A DNA stretch of 64,000 bases, taken from a virus. Under the pieces are notes generated by a model. That model did no database searches. It had not been told where the DNA came from and saw nothing but the letters and a program-made list of their open reading frames with translations. The DNA lies in IMG/VR virus record IMGVR_UViG_3300037095_000059. One strand, given 5' to 3'. Shown piece by piece: positions 59,350 through 64,000 of the stretch. A program made the translations under genes and the position numbers. Numbering within the stretch: the stretch's first letter is position 1; the number at the start of each line of letters is the position of its first letter.

Positions 59350-59979
59350 ATGGAAACCACGATTCCCTTTACCGGATTTTACGAATCGGACCACGAGTCA
59401 CTGATCGAGAACGAATTGGAGCAGATGTTCTCGGACAATAACGGCGACCCTTTGCCCAGTGCGGGCGACTCCTGGGAACACATCGACTGGGCCAAAGTCC
59501 ATCTGGCCTATGCTCAAGAGTACGCGGGGCAGTTCTTCGCGCTGCTCTCGGACGCGGCGAAGATCAAGATTCCATACAAGTTTGTGGAGTTGACTTCGCC
59601 CGGCTCCTACAACTTCACAACTGATCGAATTTTCTGCACGGTTTCGCAACGCACGGCGCGGGCCTTGTACAAGCTGGCGGACAAAACCGCGCTGGACAAG
59701 CTGATCAGAGACAAATTCACGTCCTATGACGGGTTCACGTCCTACTATGACAATTCCCTCACGGCATGGCCGAAAGACGTTTTGAAGTGGGACGCAAACC
59801 AGATCGGCACCCTGGTGGAGTCTGTTTTCTTCCAGTTCTTCGCCCGGAAGGACTTCCACGCATACGAAATGATGGTAGATGAAAACGGCGAGATCGACTC
59901 CCTGCTGTATGACGCCTTGGACGCGGAAGGGCGCAAGATTCTCAAAACCGAGAGAGCAACGGCAGACGGCGAAGAGTAG
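59350..59979 (+). CDS. hypothetical acidic protein, 209 aa
   Basis: Track ORF trimmed to the ATG after GGAGGAAACA. Confidence 0.6.
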   Translation: METTIPFTGFYESDHESLIENELEQMFSDNNGDPLPSAGDSWEHIDWAKVHLAYAQEYAGQFFALLSDAAKIKIPYKFVELTSPGSYNFTTDRIFCTVSQRTARALYKLADKTALDKLIRDKFTSYDGFTSYYDNSLTAWPKDVLKWDANQIGTLVESVFFQFFARKDFHAYEMMVDENGEIDSLLYDALDAEGRKILKTERATADGEE

Positions 59980-59993
59980 TTCATTACCCGGAC
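59979..59993. repeat. 15-bp motif, variant
   Basis: GTTCATTACCCGGAC; abuts the stop codon. Confidence 0.7.
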
Positions 59994-60044
59994 GGCGGGC
60001 CGGTAGATTCCCGCCACTTTTTACCGGCATCATTGGAGGACAAC

Positions 60045-60293
60045 ATGGACCACCAAAAACTAGCACGGATTAACAACCTGGGGCGCGAAATTATGGCCCT
60101 GGAATCACGGCTGGCTTCTGTCCAGTTTCACATTCAGGCCGCACGCGAGCGTTTGAATGAAGACAACCTGACTTTCCGGGATTGGAGCGAAGCCGCGCAC
60201 GAGTACGGCGTATCCTCCGCTTCTGCCTTTGCCCTTGACCACCGCTTGACTATCGTCCGGGGCCGGTTTCACTTCGAGGCGGACACGATTTAG
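60045..60293 (+). CDS. coiled-coil protein, 82 aa
   Basis: ATG after GGAGGACAAC. Confidence 0.5.
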   Translation: MDHQKLARINNLGREIMALESRLASVQFHIQAARERLNEDNLTFRDWSEAAHEYGVSSASAFALDHRLTIVRGRFHFEADTI

Positions 60294-60307
60294 TCCATTA
60301 CCCGGAC
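60293..60307. repeat. 15-bp motif copy
   Basis: GTCCATTACCCGGAC; overlaps the stop codon. Confidence 0.9.
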
Positions 60308-60385
60308 AGAGTTTTCCACGGCCTGGGCTTGACAACGATTTTTAACCGTGCTATGCTAAGCACATCCTCAAGAAAGGGGCGCACA

Positions 60386-60886
60386 ATGAAGGCAGGAGAC
60401 ATAATTCACATCAACGCCGACACGAAAGATTGGGGGCGGGTTGCCTCAGACGGCCTCGTGGTCGCGGTCTACTCCAACCAGTTCATCCAGGTCTACGCAA
60501 ATAGCATCCTGGCAACGGTCACAGTCCGCAAGGCGGAAGTTTCCCCGATTCAAAACCCGGTCGAGGACTTCGCCGAGCGCATCAACCCCACCAACCTCGG
60601 ATTCTCGCCGAAAATGACCGCTCTGATCAGGGCCATTATCGGCCATGACTACGGAGTGCGGGACGGGCGCGGCGGAACGCTCACCAGCTTGTCCATTACC
60701 TCCGATGGATTCGTGATCTGCGGCAGCACGGCATCAGACGGGGGCGGCGCTTTCATCGGCTCGGCCTCGGACCTAGACAGGAACCTTGCGGATTACCGTT
60801 TCCAACTGGCCGCTGAGAATGACGAAGACGCGGAAGAATTCGACCGGCTGTATGTCGCCAACGTCAAGGACTGGCGGAACTACTAG
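60386..60886 (+). CDS. hypothetical protein, 166 aa
   Basis: Track ORF trimmed to the ATG after AAAGGGGCGCACA. Confidence 0.55.
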   Translation: MKAGDIIHINADTKDWGRVASDGLVVAVYSNQFIQVYANSILATVTVRKAEVSPIQNPVEDFAERINPTNLGFSPKMTALIRAIIGHDYGVRDGRGGTLTSLSITSDGFVICGSTASDGGGAFIGSASDLDRNLADYRFQLAAENDEDAEEFDRLYVANVKDWRNY

Positions 60887-60888
60887 CC

Positions 60889-60908
60889 GTTGTTTCGTAC
60901 CATACAAA
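60889..60908 (+). repeat. 20-bp repeat GTTGTTTCGTACCATACAAA, copy 2
   Basis: Identical to 57594..57613. Confidence 0.8.
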
Positions 60909-60911
60909 ACC

Positions 60912-60926
60912 GTCCAGATAATGGAC
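60912..60926. repeat. 15-bp motif copy
   Basis: GTCCAGATAATGGAC; 15 nt upstream of ATG 60942. Confidence 0.9.
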
Positions 60927-60941
60927 AGAAAAGGGGAGCCG

Positions 60942-61121
60942 ATGGCGCACGAGTATAACGAATGGTATGTGGACGTTCCCAAGCAGCCCAACCTCGATCC
61001 GGGAATGGACAACGAGTGGGAGAACGTCCAGACCTTTGCAACTAGGGAAGAGGCTATTGCCTTTGCCAAAGAGCAGTTTGGTGCGGACGATGAAGGGCGC
61101 GTCTCGCTCGTAACCAGCTAA
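60942..61121 (+). CDS. hypothetical acidic protein, 59 aa
   Basis: ATG after AAAAGGGGAGCC. The in-frame motif ATG at 60920 is an alternative start. Confidence 0.5.
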   Translation: MAHEYNEWYVDVPKQPNLDPGMDNEWENVQTFATREEAIAFAKEQFGADDEGRVSLVTS

Positions 61122-61207
61122 TCCAACCCGCGCCCGCCCGGTATGGCGGGAAAACGGGAAAGTGACCCAGGCGGCCCAACCGCTGGCGAGGGTCGAGAAA
61201 GGGTAAA

Positions 61208-61534
61208 ATGCTAAGCGGAGAGCAGTTGATAATCGTTGCCTACACGCGGGAAGATGAAGTGATCTGTCGCGCTTGCGGCGAAGCCGGACACGAGAGTATG
61301 GGTCACGCTCTGTCCGCATACGAAGCCGGGGAGTACGCGGGAGCCGATGGTCTGACCTGCGAAGACTGCGGGAAAGAAATCATCGAAGCCTACCAGTGGG
61401 CCTGCCCGCATTGTGGCCGCTTGTACGAGGGCTTTGAAGCGGAAGACTCGGAGAACGAGGAAAACAAGACGGGGAAGTGCTTCGAGGACTGCCCCGGCGA
61501 AGACACCGAAGACGAAGACGAGGAAACGGACTGA
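61208..61534 (+). CDS. zinc-ribbon protein with acidic tail, 108 aa
   Basis: Track ORF. CRAC...CEDC...CPHC motifs and an acidic C-terminus. Confidence 0.6.
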   Translation: MLSGEQLIIVAYTREDEVICRACGEAGHESMGHALSAYEAGEYAGADGLTCEDCGKEIIEAYQWACPHCGRLYEGFEAEDSENEENKTGKCFEDCPGEDTEDEDEETD

Positions 61535-61545
61535 CTCCTCGCGGC

Positions 61546-61560
61546 GTCCAGGTAATGGAC
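61546..61560. repeat. 15-bp motif copy
   Basis: GTCCAGGTAATGGAC; intergenic. Confidence 0.9.
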
Positions 61561-61597
61561 TTTTAACCCGGCCCGGATGGGCGAGAATTGAGGCGGC

Positions 61598-61831
61598 ATG
61601 AAAGTCGAATTTGTAAGAGAGTTGCCCAGGTCTGGAACGGGGGCCAGCCAGTGCCTTGTGAAGAAGGGCGAGGAGTTCTTCGTCGTGTCTTCGGTAGTCG
61701 TCATGTTTAGCGGGTTTGAAACCCTAGTCTTTCCCGCTGATAGCGCCGGGAAGATCACGGACTGGATGGAAGTTGCGGGCGGGCGCGGTGTGTCCCGCGA
61801 AACGGCCATTGAAGACCTGGAACACGTCTAG
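61598..61831 (+). CDS. hypothetical protein, 77 aa
   Basis: Track ORF. Confidence 0.55.
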   Translation: MKVEFVRELPRSGTGASQCLVKKGEEFFVVSSVVVMFSGFETLVFPADSAGKITDWMEVAGGRGVSRETAIEDLEHV

Positions 61832-61930
61832 CCTAACCGTTCGCCGGGAGCGTAACCCGGTATGACCTCAAGAGCAAGCCTTCACGCGGCGGGGTTGAGC
61901 GACTACTAATTGCTCGGAAAGCAGGACACA

Positions 61931-62182
61931 ATGGCAATGCCCAAGAAAGATTTTATCGCCCTGGCTGACAAGGTGCGCGGCCTTCAACCCCTCAACGGTC
62001 AGGGAACAATCCTGGCTCAGCGGGCCGAAGATTGGACCCGCTTGGTTTACGCTCTGGCCGACTTCTGCGCGGAGCAAAACCCGGCCTTCAACCGCGCCCG
62101 GTGGATTGGCTACATCAAGGGCGAGTGTGGGCCAAACGGCGGCGCTGTCAAGCCGGTAAAGGCCAAGCAGTGGCTCGGATAA
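61931..62182 (+). CDS. hypothetical protein, 83 aa
   Basis: Track ORF trimmed to the first ATG. Confidence 0.5.
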   Translation: MAMPKKDFIALADKVRGLQPLNGQGTILAQRAEDWTRLVYALADFCAEQNPAFNRARWIGYIKGECGPNGGAVKPVKAKQWLG

Positions 62183-62192
62183 CCATCAACCA

Positions 62193-62207
62193 GTCCATTA
62201 CCTGGAC
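62193..62207. repeat. 15-bp motif copy
   Basis: GTCCATTACCTGGAC; intergenic. Confidence 0.9.
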
Positions 62208-62223
62208 TAGAAAGGCGGCGCGT

Positions 62224-62967
62224 ATGGCCGTTCCTCAAAACGTACTCGATGCCGTCTACGGCTCAAAACCGGCAGACTGGCGTCAACACAAAAATGGTGG
62301 GGGTTGGGTGTACAAAACCGCCACAGTTGAAGACTCGGCCTATCTTCATCCAACCTCAATCGTGTTCGGCGATGCGCAGGTGTCCGGCGATGCGGGGGTG
62401 TTCGGCGATGCGCGGGTGTTCGGCGATGCGCAGGTGTCCGGCAAGGCGTGGGTGTTCGACGATGCGCGGGTGTCCGGCAAGGCGCAGGTGTCCGGCAAGG
62501 CGCAGGTGTCCGGCGATGCGTGGGTGTTCGGCGATGCGCAGGTGTTCGGCGATGCGCAGGTGTCCGGCAAGGCGTGGGTGTTCGGCGATGCGCAGGTGTC
62601 CGGCAAGGCGTGGGTGTTCGACGATGCGCGGGTGTTCGACGATGCGCGGGTGTTCGGCGATGCGCAGGTGTCCGGCGATGCGGGGGTGTTCGGCGATGCG
62701 CGGGTGTTCGGCGATGCGTGGGAAACAACCCCCCCTCTCCTGTATGGAACCAAGCACCCCCTTTCGCTTTGCTCCCTTACGCAGATCGCCATCGGCTGTC
62801 GCGTTCACGACTTCGCCTATTGGCTCGAACACGGACCGGCCATAGGCCGCTCCGAAGGCTACACAATCGAGCAGATCGCGGAGTACAGGCGACACTTCAT
62901 GTACCTCAAGGCAATTGCCAAGAGGCTCCAGGCCGCGCAGAAGAAGGCGGCGAAAGCCAAGAAGTAA
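62224..62967 (+). CDS. hexapeptide-repeat (beta-helix-like) protein, 247 aa
   Basis: Track ORF trimmed to the ATG after GAAAGGCGGCGCGT. About 20 tandem units of V-(F/S)-G-(D/K)-A-(Q/R/W/G), followed by a unique C-terminal domain. Confidence 0.65.
   Translation: MAVPQNVLDAVYGSKPADWRQHKNGGGWVYKTATVEDSAYLHPTSIVFGDAQVSGDAGVFGDARVFGDAQVSGKAWVFDDARVSGKAQVSGKAQVSGDAWVFGDAQVFGDAQVSGKAWVFGDAQVSGKAWVFDDARVFDDARVFGDAQVSGDAGVFGDARVFGDAWETTPPLLYGTKHPLSLCSLTQIAIGCRVHDFAYWLEHGPAIGRSEGYTIEQIAEYRRHFMYLKAIAKRLQAAQKKAAKAKK
62363..62720 (+). repeat. 18-bp tandem repeat array (about 20 units)
   Basis: GTGTTCGGCGATGCGCAG and close variants, in frame within 62224..62967. Confidence 0.9.
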
Positions 62968-63035
62968 AACCCGGCCCAGCGGAACCTGGGATGCTCCCTA
63001 ATCAACCAGCGTCCAAGTCGCGGGGAGCGGGCAAC

Positions 63036-63050
63036 GTCCAGATAACGGAC
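63036..63050. repeat. 15-bp motif copy
   Basis: GTCCAGATAACGGAC; intergenic. Confidence 0.9.
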
Positions 63051-63074
63051 GGCTAATGGTGAAAGAGGTTTGAA

Positions 63075-63302
63075 ATGAGTCTATCAGAGCAAGCGAGGAA
63101 CTTGCATAATTGCTACGAACTAACCGAAGGGCAGGTCCGCGAGGCGACTGATGAGGCTTTCAACGCCGCACAGGCTGTGCTAAGCGACTACGGGTATTCG
63201 GTCAGCAACACCGACCCCGCCGAGGAACTTGTAGCGGCAATCTACAAGTATTTCGTGGACTCCGCCGAACCAGACGCTCCGGGGGATACGGAATCGTGCT
63301 AG
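63075..63302 (+). CDS. hypothetical acidic protein, 75 aa
   Basis: Track ORF. Confidence 0.55.
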   Translation: MSLSEQARNLHNCYELTEGQVREATDEAFNAAQAVLSDYGYSVSNTDPAEELVAAIYKYFVDSAEPDAPGDTESC

Positions 63303-63514
63303 TTCGCTCCTTCATCCAACCCCCGGCAAGGCTAAGCCGCCGATCTGTTCACTCCCTGGCGGACGCCGCACACTCCTTGTCCAGCTTTCTCCGGGCCAAG
63401 GCCAAACCCCGCACGGCAAAACCGGAGTGGACGTGTACGGCTTGCTTGGCGGGAAAATGTAGTCTCTGCGTCAGCGCCCGGTGTGTTTGCGGGCAGAAAG
63501 AGGGGCACAAGTGA
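63296..63514 (+). CDS. Cys-rich protein, 72 aa
   Basis: Track ORF. Overlaps the previous stop. Confidence 0.45.
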   Translation: MLVRSFIQPPARLSRRSVHSLADAAHSLSSFLRAKAKPRTAKPEWTCTACLAGKCSLCVSARCVCGQKEGHK

Positions 63515-63702
63515 CCGTCCAGCAAGCCGCATGGCTCGGCGAAGACGACGTGGTAGCCTCCGCTTTTCAGCACGACCGGCTGACCCCGGTCCTGACACCG
63601 CGCCATAGTTTTCCACAGGCGGACTTGACAAGCAGAGCCAGGTGCGCTATTATGATTTTAGCGGTCGCAGTGCTGATCTGGCTGTAGGCCCCAAACCGAA
63701 AA

Positions 63703-63717
63703 GTCCATTAACCGGAC
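63703..63717. repeat. 15-bp motif copy
   Basis: GTCCATTAACCGGAC; intergenic. Confidence 0.9.
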
Positions 63718-63731
63718 AGAAATGAGACCAA

Positions 63732-63923
63732 ATGACCGGCCAGCCCAACAGCACGAGATTCTACCAGGAGGAGATCGAGAACGTCACCCTCCAACTCACG
63801 CAGGACGTGACCCCGAAGCAACGGCACGACCTCGAAACCAGGCTCCGGGTCGCTAAGCAGTATTTGGCTGAACCCACCCCTGTCCCGCACACACATCAGC
63901 AGCGTCTAGACGATCACCGGTAA
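63732..63923 (+). CDS. hypothetical protein, 63 aa
   Basis: Track ORF. Confidence 0.5.
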   Translation: MTGQPNSTRFYQEEIENVTLQLTQDVTPKQRHDLETRLRVAKQYLAEPTPVPHTHQQRLDDHR

Positions 63924-64000
63924 AGATTTTCACCCGCGTAAACACTGGAGATAAATGAGATTTGCACAGATTATCCACAGTTTAGTGCGATATTGCACTT

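Noticed and set aside
62363-62720. The tandem repeats as a CRISPR array
   Set aside because: The units are 18 bp, directly abutting with no spacers, and in frame within a gene.
62207-63056. Long antisense and alternative-frame ORFs across the 18-bp repeat (62207..62728, 62249..62845, 62346..62792, 62356..62895, 62448..63056)
   Set aside because: These are artefacts of the periodic repeat keeping every frame open. Only the 62224..62967 frame has an RBS and a non-repetitive C-terminal domain.

Overview
All calls come from reading the sequence and the ORF track by eye; no searches were run. The window looks like part of a large tailed-phage genome. No integrase, rRNA or CRISPR array was seen. 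From 1 to about 55,200 everything runs on the minus strand, in six blocks: (1) a head module with large terminase, portal, a scaffold candidate and a major capsid gene interrupted by group I-type introns; (2) GroES and a histidine phosphatase; (3) a fibre, tailspike and structural block; (4) Q/N/P-rich internal-virion-like proteins followed by one uninterrupted ORF of more than 2808 codons that runs off the left edge; (5) a 6.3-kb array of about 38 tRNA genes containing what looks like a circularly permuted (two-piece) tmRNA gene; (6) a nuclease, SprT and lysis cluster. About 55,220-56,230 is a divergent non-coding control region. From 56,237 onward small early-type genes run on the plus strand. 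Other notable features: a 15-bp motif GTCC-N7-GGAC (consensus GTCCRGRTAATGGAC) in about 39 copies, seven homing-endonuclease-type genes or gene fragments (HNH x3, GIY-YIG x2, LAGLIDADG, Endo VII plus a fragment), two secreted-type fibre proteins with exchanged modules and identical 3-prime ends, and an 18-bp tandem repeat encoding a hexapeptide-repeat protein. Domain names rest on motifs I recognise. Intron boundaries and several tRNA-like elements remain provisional.
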